Notes under the pieces: model-generated
What the model was told of the DNA's origin: nothing
Seen by the model: only the letters and a program-made list of their open reading frames with translations
Databases searched by the model: none
Shown: in pieces, positions 46,809 to 55,723 of the stretch
Layout: each line of letters starts with the position of its first letter
Numbering within the stretch: the stretch's first letter is position 1
Position numbers and translations under genes: made by a program
Assembly: GCA_965248695.1 (NCBI GenBank)
Contig: CBDFKD010000002.1
Span: 2,048,001-2,112,000, forward strand
DNA from: Acidobacteriota bacterium
GTDB taxonomy: Bacteria > Acidobacteriota > UBA890 > WLXD01
Direction of reading: 5' to 3'
Length of the DNA stretch: 64,000 nucleotides

Positions 46809-48079
46809 CGCTCGACGTCCGCCACTCCCGCGGTGTCATGCTCGGTGGCCGCGATCGCTTTGAGCGCGAACGTCGTCCCCGCATGGGTGAGGAAATTGGA
46901 CGTGTCACTGGCGTTGCGTAGCGACTGGGTCCACCAGTAACCATCGGCTCGCTGGTGGGTCTTCAACCAGCTCACACCACGTCGGATCGCCGGATGCGAT
47001 GCCGGCACGCCGGCCTGTCGTAGTGTGTAGACGACGAACCCGGTGCCGTAGCCGTCGGTCTCGATCGTGGCCGGCGGATCCGAGTCGAGCCCCCGACGCA
47101 TACGCCACACGCCGAGATCTCCAGAAGCCCAGCCGCCATCATCACGCTGCAGACCGAGAAGCTCGTCGACCCAGAGGTCGCGGTCGGCTTCGCTCACGAG
47201 ACCCTCATGCAGCGAGCCGGCCCAGAGCAGCATGGCGCGGTTGTGGGCGAACTCGGGCGGATTCGCTGCGATGTGAGCGCGAATCCTGCGCATGCCCTCG
47301 ACCGCCGCGTCTGTGCTGGCGTAGTCGCCCGGCGCCATGCCCGTGGCGATCGCCATCAGCGTCACGCCGAAGTGGAAGTCGCTTTCGAACGGCGGCCAGT
47401 TGCACACCACCCAGTCGACCCAGTGGCCGCCCTCATCCTGGAGCGACCAGGCGCGATCCAGGCCCTCGAGGGTGATGTCGCTGAGCTCGCTGGCGCCCGC
47501 CTGTGCCTCGTTGATGGCCAGGAAGGCGGAGGTAGCAACAACGGATGTGGGCCCGAGGTTCGGCGCGTCGTTGCCGGGTATGTCGTTGGCGCGCCACGAG
47601 CGCACAAACCGTTCCGCCTGCTCGTGGGCAATCCCGAAAGCTCGTCGCTCGCCGAAGATCTCGGCCGGCGATGTGAGATACCAGCCGTTGGTATGGCACG
47701 TAACGCAGCCGAACTTGTCACCCCAGGTCACGGCGACCCGATCGAGGAAGCCTGCAGCGCGCTCCACCGAGAAGGTGTCGGCGAAGGCGTCCTCGCGGGC
47801 GTACAGTTCGAACTCCGCCGACGCCAGCAGCGCGGCGAATTCCTCGTTGCTCATCGCCTCGGTGTCGGGAAGCACGGGGATAGCCTGTTCATCGGCTTGC
47901 TGCGCCGCCTGCCGCGGGGCGGCGTCAGCCGGTCCCGTGGCACTCAGCAGCACCGCCGTCGTCCACAGGACCACCGCGAGAACCGCGGCAAACGCAACGC
48001 TGGTCCTGGCGATCGAGACGCTGATACCGGCCATTCGACGTTTGTGCCGACCAGCGCGCTGTCGTTCGTTGATCTTCAT
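46805..48079 (-). CDS. Exported prenyltransferase/squalene-cyclase QW-repeat protein with a CxxCH motif
   Basis: TM/signal segment; CVTCH; QW-like repeats LQDEGGHW, LQRDDGGW, HQRADGYW; no DxDD motif; start 48079 (GGAG RBS) or later. Confidence 0.7.
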   Translation of the reverse strand: MKINERQRAGRHKRRMAGISVSIARTSVAFAAVLAVVLWTTAVLLSATGPADAAPRQAAQQADEQAIPVLPDTEAMSNEEFAALLASAEFELYAREDAFADTFSVERAAGFLDRVAVTWGDKFGCVTCHTNGWYLTSPAEIFGERRAFGIAHEQAERFVRSWRANDIPGNDAPNLGPTSVVATSAFLAINEAQAGASELSDITLEGLDRAWSLQDEGGHWVDWVVCNWPPFESDFHFGVTLMAIATGMAPGDYASTDAAVEGMRRIRAHIAANPPEFAHNRAMLLWAGSLHEGLVSEADRDLWVDELLGLQRDDGGWASGDLGVWRMRRGLDSDPPATIETDGYGTGFVVYTLRQAGVPASHPAIRRGVSWLKTHQRADGYWWTQSLRNASDTSNFLTHAGTTFALKAIAATEHDTAGVADVER

Positions 48080-48261
48080 CAGAAACTCCGTGGTCCGGTC
48101 ACAGTGGCGACCTGAATCGCCGAACTCTGCCTCGCCGTACTCTGTTTCGCTGCTCCGGGAACGGAGTGCCGGTCCGGACGCCGCCGCACCGGTGCGCCAC
48201 GAGCGTCGCCACCGTACCATGACGGATTCTGCCCGCGGCAGTCACACAAAGGAGGTGGTAG

Positions 48262-49233
48262 GTGAAGCTCCGCGTCATCAACCCGGACCAGGTGATCGAG
48301 CTGCTGCCAATGGCCGAGTGCATCGAGGTCATCGACGCCGCCATGCGCCGCTCGGCTGACCGCGAAGCGCTGATGCCGCTGCGCACAAAGATGGCGCTGC
48401 CGGGCGAGGGGATACTTGGCTGGATGCCAGGCTACATGGCGGAGCCAGAGGTCTTCGGCATGAAGCTCGTCGGGGTCTTTCCGGGAAATTTCGCCCTCGG
48501 GATGCACAGCCACCATGGCGTCGTGGTGCTGTTCGAGACGCAGCATGGGCGCCCCTTTGCAGTTGTCGACGCCTCCGAGATCACCGCGATCCGCACCGCA
48601 GCAGCAAGCGCCGTGGCGACCCGCCTACTCGCTCGCGGCGATGCGTCGGTGCTGGCGATCATGGGGTACGGGGCTCAGGGCCGTCAGCATCTGGAGACCA
48701 TGTTATGCGTGCGACCGTTCGACGACATAAGGATCTGGGGACGCGACAGGGAGAAGGCAAGCGCGTTTGCCCAGGAGCAGGGAGAGAAATTCGGTGTGGC
48801 GGTCCGGGCGGTAGCGGACGCGCGTGAGGCGGTCGCCGGAGCTGATGTGATCTGCACGGTGACGGCGTCGCCCGAGCCCGTCCTCTTCGGCGACTGGCTC
48901 GAACCCGGCCAGCACATCAACGCCGTCGGCACGAGCTTCCCAGGCATCCGGGAGCTTGACGGCTCCGCGGTAGCTCGATGCCGATTGTTCGTCGACCTGT
49001 TGGAGGGCGCGCGGGAACAGGCCGGCGAGTTCCAGATGGCCCGCGATGAGGGCGCCATCACCGACGACCACATCCTCGGCGAGATCGGCGAGGTCTCGCT
49101 GGGGCGTGTGGACGGGCGTATCGACGCCGCGAACATCACGCTCTACAAGTCGCTCGGTCTGGTTGTTCAGGACCTCGCATCGGCCCACCACGTGTTTCGC
49201 AAGGCCGAGGAACAGGGCATCGGCGTGACCTGA
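48262..49233 (+). CDS. Ornithine cyclodeaminase/mu-crystallin family protein; last codons and stop supplied by the IS
   Basis: MPGY, GMKLV, ITAIRTAAASAVAT, GYGAQG, HINAVG, YKSLGLVVQDLA; AAGGAGG RBS. Confidence 0.88.
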   Translation: MKLRVINPDQVIELLPMAECIEVIDAAMRRSADREALMPLRTKMALPGEGILGWMPGYMAEPEVFGMKLVGVFPGNFALGMHSHHGVVVLFETQHGRPFAVVDASEITAIRTAAASAVATRLLARGDASVLAIMGYGAQGRQHLETMLCVRPFDDIRIWGRDREKASAFAQEQGEKFGVAVRAVADAREAVAGADVICTVTASPEPVLFGDWLEPGQHINAVGTSFPGIRELDGSAVARCRLFVDLLEGAREQAGEFQMARDEGAITDDHILGEIGEVSLGRVDGRIDAANITLYKSLGLVVQDLASAHHVFRKAEEQGIGVT

Positions 49234-49259
49234 CCCCGCGGTTAGTACCATGTCTTATC

Positions 49260-50153
49260 TCAGTAACTCGGTGCTGACAAGAGGTTGTTGAGGCCGGCGA
49301 AGCGGAGCGCAGCCGGCTTCAACAACGTCGCTTCGGGTGCGGGCGGCCGATAGCTCAGCGAGCTGTGCGGTCGCATGCGGTTGTAGTGCTGACGCCATCT
49401 CTCGATCAGAACCTTTGCCTCCTTGAGCGTGTAGAAGATCTCTCCATCCAGCAGCTCGTCGCGTAGCTTGCCGTTGAAGCTCTCCACGTAACCGTTCTCC
49501 CACGGCGAGCCCGGCTCGATGAACAGCGTCCCCACGCCCAACCGGCCCAGCCAGTCGCGAACCGCCTCGGCGGTGAACTCTGGTCCGTTATCCGACCGGA
49601 TGTGCTCAGGTATGCCCCGGTGTACGAACAACCTCCCGAGCTGCTCCAGCACGTCCTCAGAGTTGAGCTTCCGTGCTACATGGATCGCCAGGCTTTCTCG
49701 TGTGTACTCATCGACGATCGTCAGCAGCCTCATAGCCCGACCGTCGTGCGTCCGGTGGTGCAGGAAGTCATACGCCCAGACATGATCCCGGTGCTGTGGG
49801 CGCAGCCGGATGCAGGAGCCATCGCTCAGCCACAGCCGTGCTCGTTTGGGCTGTTTTCTCGGTACTTTCAGCCCTTCGCGCCGCCAGATACGCTGCACTC
49901 GTTTGTGGTTCACGGACCAGCCCTCCATGCGCAGCAACGCTGTCACCCTCCGATATCCGTAGCGCCCGTACTGTCGGGCTAAATCCACGATCCGCTCCGT
50001 CAAAATCTGCTCCTGTTGCGGCTCTCTTGGCACGTACCGGTGTGTCGTGCGTGGTTGTTTCAGTACCCGACACGCCCGCCTCTCCGAGACGCCCAGCCGC
50101 CCCCGTACATGTGCCACCGCCTCTCGCCGCCGAGCTGGGCTCAGAAGTTTCCC
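49260..50153 (-). CDS. IS3 transposase OrfB (DDE integrase core), expressed by -1 frameshift at G-GGA-AAC (50147-50153)
   Basis: WAYDF, IVDEYTRE, RSDNGPEF, PWENGYVESFNGKLRDE, YNRMRPHSSL; slippery heptamer at the end of orfA. Confidence 0.9.
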   Translation of the reverse strand, partial: GKLLSPARRREAVAHVRGRLGVSERRACRVLKQPRTTHRYVPREPQQEQILTERIVDLARQYGRYGYRRVTALLRMEGWSVNHKRVQRIWRREGLKVPRKQPKRARLWLSDGSCIRLRPQHRDHVWAYDFLHHRTHDGRAMRLLTIVDEYTRESLAIHVARKLNSEDVLEQLGRLFVHRGIPEHIRSDNGPEFTAEAVRDWLGRLGVGTLFIEPGSPWENGYVESFNGKLRDELLDGEIFYTLKEAKVLIERWRQHYNRMRPHSSLSYRPPAPEATLLKPAALRFAGLNNLLSAPSY

Positions 50154-50419
50154 TCCGCCACTTCCTTCAGGATCGACAGGTCGAGTTCCTTTTCCGCCAC
50201 CAGCCTCTTGAGCCGGGCATTCTCCTTCTCCAGTTGCTTGAGCTTTCTGGCCTGGTTGAGCTTCAGTCCGCCGTACTCTCGCCGCCACCGGTAGTAGGTG
50301 TGCTCGGTGATTGCTAGCTTGCGGCAGGCATCCTTGACCGTCGCCCCTCGAGCCAGCTCCACCTCAGCCTCCCGGAGCTTGCGTACGATCTGCTCGGCGC
50401 TGTGCCTCTTACTCGGCAT
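50141..50419 (-). CDS. IS3 transposase OrfA (HTH + leucine zipper)
   Basis: RHSAEQIVRKLREAE...TYYRWRREYGGL...LEKENARLKRLVAE; GGGAGG RBS. Confidence 0.92.
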   Translation of the reverse strand: MPSKRHSAEQIVRKLREAEVELARGATVKDACRKLAITEHTYYRWRREYGGLKLNQARKLKQLEKENARLKRLVAEKELDLSILKEVAEGNF

Positions 50420-50485
50420 TCTGACCTCCCGTTCTTGACCCAGATCGTGAGATTACATCCGGATCCGTTTTCGGGGGTCAGGTCA

Positions 50486-51644
50486 CTACGACCCGGTGAC
50501 CGGCAGTGGCCCTGGCAATCCGCGTCAGCAGCTCAACCTCATCACCGCGTATGTCGACGCCTCCAACGTCTATGGCTCCGACCCGGAACGGGCGCGCGCT
50601 GTGCGCACCAACGACGGCACCGGCGAGCTACTGATGAGCGACGGCAGGATGCTGCCGTTCAACGAGGCCGGACTCGACAACGCCGGCGGCACCCAACGAC
50701 GCTTCCGACTGGCCGGCGACGTTCGAGCCAACGAGAACGTCGCGCTCCTCTCGATGCACACACTCTGGGTGCGCGAGCACAACCGTCTGGCGCGGCTCAT
50801 TCGTGAGGCTTCCCCGACCCTGAAAGGCAACCGGATCTACGAGCGCGCCCGCGCCCGGGTGATCGCCCATGTACAGGCGATTACCTACAACGAGTTCCTG
50901 CCGCGGCTGCTCGGCAAGAGCGCGCTCGGTCGGTATCGGGGATGGGACCGCCGTATCGACGCCGGCATCTGCACCGAGTTCTCCACTGCCGCCTACCGGT
51001 TCGGCCACAGCATGGTGTCCCCGCGCCTGTTGCGTCTGCGACGCGACGGCAAGCCGATTTCGCGTGGCCACCTGAAACTGCGCGACGGCTTCTTCGCTCC
51101 ACACGAGCTCACCCCCGAGATCGGTATCGAGCCCTACCTGCGTGGCCTGGTGGCCCAACGAGCCTTCAAGATCGACACGATGATGGTGGACGAGATGCGG
51201 AACTTCCTCTTCGGCCGACCCGAGGCCGGCGGTTTCGATCTCGCGGCGCTCAACGTCCAGCGGGGCCGCGATCACGGGCTGGCGGATTACAACAGCGTCC
51301 GCGAAGGCTACGGGATGCCCCGGCTGACTCGATTCAACGAGATCGCGCAGGACTCCCGTACTGCCACCGAGCTACGACAGCTCTACGGCGACATCGACGA
51401 CATCGACCTGTGGGTGGGCGCAATGGCCGAGCAGCACGCGCCCGGCGCCATGGTCGGTCCGACAAATCGCGCCATCCTCGTGGAACAGTTCCGCAGATTG
51501 CGCGACGGCGACCGGTTCTTCTACGCGCGGTCCTTTGATGGTGCCGAGTTGGCGGAGATCGAGTCCACCACGCTTGCCGACGTGATCCGCCACAACACCC
51601 GGATCGAGAGCGAGATCCGCAACGACATCTTCACCGCCCGCTGA
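50486..51644 (+). pseudogene. N-terminally truncated animal-type heme peroxidase (peroxidase-cyclooxygenase superfamily)
   Basis: Frame begins at the IS end mid-domain (YDPVTG...PRQQLNLITAYVDASNVYGS); AGDVRANE, REHN, AAYRFGHS, QRGRDHGL; distal-His segment missing; no RBS. Confidence 0.8.
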
Positions 51645-51645
51645 G

Positions 51646-54366
51646 CTACTCGCGCCACAGTGCCGCACTGGGTTCTAGTCGCACCGCTCGGCTAGTGGGC
51701 AGATAAATCGCGAGCAGCACGATCACGCCGATCAGCGCCGGCACGAGGACGGCGCTGACGACGTAGATCACCGTGTCGAGCGCGAGGAATTGTTCCAGCA
51801 CGGCGCTCGCTAAACCGCCGGCAATCGCCGCGAGACCTAGCCCGACCACGAGCTGGCGTCCGCCGTGTCGCAGGAAGAGCCGGATGATGCGCTGATCGCT
51901 TGCACCCACTGCCCGACGCACGCCGATCTCATGGGTACGCTGGCTCACTGAGCACGCCGTGATGCCATAGATGCCACTGATCGCCAGAACGAGCGCGAAC
52001 CCGAAGCAACCCAACAGGACCCTTGCTGCTGCAAGGGCCATCGAAGACGTCGTGCTGAGCATCTCGTCGAGGTTGATGATGCCGCCGGGGAGGATCTCCG
52101 GATCGAGCTTTCCGAGCTCAGCGTGGAATGCCAGCACCGCCGGGCGGGGATCGCCGCGGTACTTGACCGTTGCTGCGACCGCTGCCGGGGTCCGCTGGGC
52201 AATCGGAACGTAGACGCTCATCGAGCTCTGATCGCGAGTAAGCGGGTTCCCCTCCACGACGTCGGTAACCACTCCCACAACGGTGAGCCAGTAGCGCTCG
52301 CTTTCCAGGTCCCCCAGGCTCAGCCGCTTGCCGAGTGGGGACCCCTCGGGCGCCATGTCGCGAGCCAGCGACTCGCTGATCATGGCCACCGGAGCGCCTG
52401 CTGCGTCGCGCTCGTCGAACCGCCTGCCGGACAGGAGCCGGATCCCGATGGCATGCATCGGACCACCCACGGCGGTGAGATACGCAGTGGGCTGCTGGGC
52501 GAGCGTCTCGTATGACGCTCCCTCCACCACCAGGCGGCTGGCCGAATCGCTGCCGAGCCCGAACCGTGAGCGCAAGACAACCTTGTCGATTGACCCGTGC
52601 GCCTCGAGACCCTGCCTCAGTCGGTCGTAAAAACGTAGTCGCTGCTCGGCAGTCTCGTAGCGCTCCTCGGGGAGCGTGACGATACCCACTACAACACGTT
52701 CCGTGTCCATCCCGAAGTCGATGTTCGCGGCTCGATAGGCGACGAACGCAGAGAGGCCGCCGAGGAACATCAGGATCGAGATCAGGGCGACCTGCGAAAC
52801 GACCAGGACGCGAGAGAAGCGTCCGGTCTCTAAGCCCTGAGCGCCGTTCGTGCCGTCGCGGAGCACGGCGTTGCTGTCCGAGCGCGTGCCGCGCCAGGCG
52901 GGTACCCCGCCGACCAGAACCAGGGTACCGGCGGTGATCAGGGCGGCGGCGACCATCGTCTCGGCGTCCATGCCCCAGACCCACCAGAATGCCAGCCCCT
53001 CGGGCATGGCGACATGAGCACGTCGATTGAACTCCGCCAGTGCCACAGCAGCGAGGGCGATCGCGAGACCGCCGCTCATGACGCAGATGAGCATGCTCTC
53101 CCCCATCATCTGGACGATGAGGCGCAGCCTGGGCGCCCCGAGAGCAACGCGGATCGTAGTTTCGCGTACGCGCTCGCTGGCGCGCGCAAGGAGTAAGTTG
53201 CACGTGTTGATGCAGGCCAACAGAAGAATGAATGCCGCCACCAGATGCAAGGCGCCGAAGACCGGCATGGCCTCGTCGCCCATCTGCGCGATCTGGAAGG
53301 TGCGCACTACCGCGGTGTCAGCGATGGTGCCGGCTTCTACGGCCTCAGGCTCATCCTGCCGCAGGCGCTGCATCACCGCATGCAGCTCGGCATTGGCTTG
53401 ATCCTCGTTCACACCGGGACCCAGCTTGGCGTACAGGTTGGGGAATTGGATGCCACGCTCGATTGTCTCGATCTCGTGCTCTGGTTGTGGCAACCACATT
53501 TCCGCGAACACCGGAAAACCGTACCCTTGCGGCATCACGCCGATGAGGCGCGTCGACTTGCCGTTGATCGACACCAGCCCATCAACCATCTCGGGATCGG
53601 CACCAAACGACGCCTGCCAGACTCTGTGGCTGATTACGACAACCGGCTCTGCACCAGGGAGTGCGTCGCCGGGGCGCAAGCCACGGCCAAGCAGCGGCAG
53701 GGCACCGGAGAACTCGAACACGCTGGTGTGGATATAAGTCCCGTACATCGACCGATCGGTGCTAGAGCCGCGCAACACCACGGGAAGTGTTCGGTAGGAC
53801 CCGAACTCACGCAGCCCGTCGACGCTCCTGCCCAGCACGGCAGCGTCGACCGAGTCGAGCAATTGGGTCCGCCCGTCGATAATCGCCATCACCCGCACGA
53901 TCGAGCCGCCATCTGGCAGCGGCAGCTCCTTGAACATCACGGTGTTGAGGAACGAGAAGGTGAATACCGAGACACCGAGCCCACCGGCCATGACGAGCAC
54001 TGTCAGGGCGGTGAAGCCGGGGCTCCGGAGCAGAAGGCGAAGGGAATAGCGCAGATCCGCCAGGCCAGCGGCCAGGCCGCGACCCAGCGAGGGCACGCCG
54101 CCGAACGACCGGCGTCGGTGGCGCGCGTGGGCCCCGAGCGAGGTCTCTCGATGCAGCTCTCGCAGCGCCGCCAACCGCCACGGCACGAGTGCCAGCACGA
54201 GTTGACGTCGATACCACTGGCGGGCACCGGTGGCCAGAGGACCGCGACGGCGACGTTCATACGCCTCGTCGAGATCACCGATGATCAGGTCGGCGCTTGC
54301 GGCCGGCGCCAGCAGAAAGAGTAGCCGCACCAGAAGCGATTCGACGGCGCCACGATCGTCGTTCAC
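51646..54366 (-). CDS. ADOP-type (duplicated MacB/FtsX) ABC permease
   Basis: DLRYSLRLLLRSPGFT, LLLACINTCNLLLARA..R.RE..IRVALGA, GIYG...QRTHEIGVRRAVGA; coupled to padR. Confidence 0.9.
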   Translation of the reverse strand: MNDDRGAVESLLVRLLFLLAPAASADLIIGDLDEAYERRRRGPLATGARQWYRRQLVLALVPWRLAALRELHRETSLGAHARHRRRSFGGVPSLGRGLAAGLADLRYSLRLLLRSPGFTALTVLVMAGGLGVSVFTFSFLNTVMFKELPLPDGGSIVRVMAIIDGRTQLLDSVDAAVLGRSVDGLREFGSYRTLPVVLRGSSTDRSMYGTYIHTSVFEFSGALPLLGRGLRPGDALPGAEPVVVISHRVWQASFGADPEMVDGLVSINGKSTRLIGVMPQGYGFPVFAEMWLPQPEHEIETIERGIQFPNLYAKLGPGVNEDQANAELHAVMQRLRQDEPEAVEAGTIADTAVVRTFQIAQMGDEAMPVFGALHLVAAFILLLACINTCNLLLARASERVRETTIRVALGAPRLRLIVQMMGESMLICVMSGGLAIALAAVALAEFNRRAHVAMPEGLAFWWVWGMDAETMVAAALITAGTLVLVGGVPAWRGTRSDSNAVLRDGTNGAQGLETGRFSRVLVVSQVALISILMFLGGLSAFVAYRAANIDFGMDTERVVVGIVTLPEERYETAEQRLRFYDRLRQGLEAHGSIDKVVLRSRFGLGSDSASRLVVEGASYETLAQQPTAYLTAVGGPMHAIGIRLLSGRRFDERDAAGAPVAMISESLARDMAPEGSPLGKRLSLGDLESERYWLTVVGVVTDVVEGNPLTRDQSSMSVYVPIAQRTPAAVAATVKYRGDPRPAVLAFHAELGKLDPEILPGGIINLDEMLSTTSSMALAAARVLLGCFGFALVLAISGIYGITACSVSQRTHEIGVRRAVGASDQRIIRLFLRHGGRQLVVGLGLAAIAGGLASAVLEQFLALDTVIYVVSAVLVPALIGVIVLLAIYLPTSRAVRLEPSAALWRE

Positions 54367-54692
54367 CGGGAGTTGTCTCGCACTTCAACACCATCCCAAA
54401 GAACATCGAGCGTCGCTCGGCTGTGGCGCAGCGCTCTCCACCCCCGCTGAGTCAACGTGAAGAACCGGCGCGGCCGCCCGCGCGCCTGATCACGCCGCTC
54501 GTGAGTCGAACGCACCAGGCCCTTGCGATCGAGCCGGCTGAGCGTCACGTATACCGAGGCGATCGATACGTCGCGGCCGGTGGTTGTGAGGATCTCCTCG
54601 TGCACCGGCACCCCGTAGGCGCCCTCGCCGACCCGAGCAAGCGCCAGCATCACGATCTGCTCGAACTCGCCCAGATAGTTCCCTTTGGCCAC
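54363..54692 (-). CDS. PadR family transcriptional regulator (acidobacterial type)
   Basis: LGEFEQIVMLAL, AYGVPV, SVYVTLSRLDRKGLV, GRPRRFFTLT; GTG 54692 with GGGAG RBS. Confidence 0.9.
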   Translation of the reverse strand: MAKGNYLGEFEQIVMLALARVGEGAYGVPVHEEILTTTGRDVSIASVYVTLSRLDRKGLVRSTHERRDQARGRPRRFFTLTQRGWRALRHSRATLDVLWDGVEVRDNSR

Positions 54693-54732
54693 CGTGCTCT
54701 CCCGATGTCCGCCGCCACCCTGTATCCCGATC

Positions 54733-54779
54733 TCGACATTGTTAGGTTCGACTATGTCCCGCGTTCTAAACAAAGTCAA
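54733..54779 (-). promoter_or_regulatory. sigma70-like promoter (TTGACT-N17-CATAGT) overlapped by three imperfect GAC-N3-GTC palindromes (candidate PadR operators)
   Basis: TCGACATTGTTAG 54733-45, TCGACTATGTCCC 54748-60, TAAACAAAGTCAA 54767-79. Confidence 0.55.
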
Positions 54780-54828
54780 CATCATGGCGCAGGAGACACC
54801 GTGCCCGGTCCTCACTCGACCTGGGTCG

Positions 54829-55614
54829 TCAGGACGACTCGCTCAGCCAGCGCATCACGTTGAGCAGAAAGCGCGCGTTGTGTGGCGCCTCCGGATGGTT
54901 CATGCCCATCGGAGTGCGCTCTTCGCCCTGTACCTGGGCCGAGAACATCGCCGCTTCACCGAACACGGCAACGCGACCGAGGCCGTGGCGGACCAGCGCT
55001 CCCTGGCTCATCCCCTCGGCGGAGATTCGCGGCGTCGCATCGGAGAACTCCCAGGCCTCGCTGGGCAGCAACACATAGGCTCCGGCGGAGAGCCGCATGA
55101 GTGGATCCGCGTCCACCGCTGCCGCGAAGCGGAAAGCCTGACCGGTGAACGTGGTGACGCGCGCTATCGCTTCGCCGGTAGCCGATCGCGTGACGGCGTG
55201 GTCGGCCAGCGTGCCATCATCACGCTGGAAGGTCATGCGTCCGCTGCCGTCCGCGTCGTTGGCGGCCGACAGCGCGTTCGAGATCACCAGGACGTCGACT
55301 CCCTCCAGCGCCCGGCCCGAGAACGCTTGTTCGAAGCCACCGACGCGATAGCCGTCGTGGCGCAGCAAGGCCGCAAACGCCGCGTATCGGCCGTCAGCGG
55401 TGTGGTAGTTGCGCTGCGCCGCGTCGACAGCCACATACGGCCCTTCGCCGGGGGCGGTCCTCGCCCGACCCGTGTCGGGTAGCACGAACAGCGCGTCGGC
55501 GCGCTGGCCGCTCTCGCTGGAGGTATGGGGCGCTACTACCGTCGCGGCACAGCCGGTGGACAGCGCGGTGAGCACGATCACAACCGCGACGGTCGAGTGA
55601 GTCGAGGTACGCAT
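54829..55614 (-). CDS. Lipoprotein, DUF4350/class I glutamine amidotransferase-like fold, possibly internally deleted
   Basis: LSTGC lipobox; VDAAQRNYHT.DGRY..FA.LLRHDGY, GRVAVFGEAAMFSAQ, NARFLLNVMRWL. Confidence 0.65.
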   Translation of the reverse strand: MRTSTHSTVAVVIVLTALSTGCAATVVAPHTSSESGQRADALFVLPDTGRARTAPGEGPYVAVDAAQRNYHTADGRYAAFAALLRHDGYRVGGFEQAFSGRALEGVDVLVISNALSAANDADGSGRMTFQRDDGTLADHAVTRSATGEAIARVTTFTGQAFRFAAAVDADPLMRLSAGAYVLLPSEAWEFSDATPRISAEGMSQGALVRHGLGRVAVFGEAAMFSAQVQGEERTPMGMNHPEAPHNARFLLNVMRWLSESS

Positions 55615-55723
55615 GGGCTGGCACGTTCCGTCGTCCCGGCCGTCTAGTCAACTAGTAGTGCACGCTACGGCGGCCGAACTGCGTGGGGTGCGGCGAGTCC
55701 GGTCGCGCGGCCGGCTCCGACGC

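Larger units (their letters stand above)
49226..50485 (-). mobile_element. IS3-family insertion sequence (IS407-group-like), 1260 bp
   Basis: Terminal inverted repeats start TGACCTGACCCC at both ends (TG...CA); orfA/orfB organisation; no flanking direct repeat. Confidence 0.93.

Noticed and set aside
46805-48079. Squalene-hopene cyclase (shc)
   Set aside because: Too short, apparently exported, and lacks the DxDD motif.
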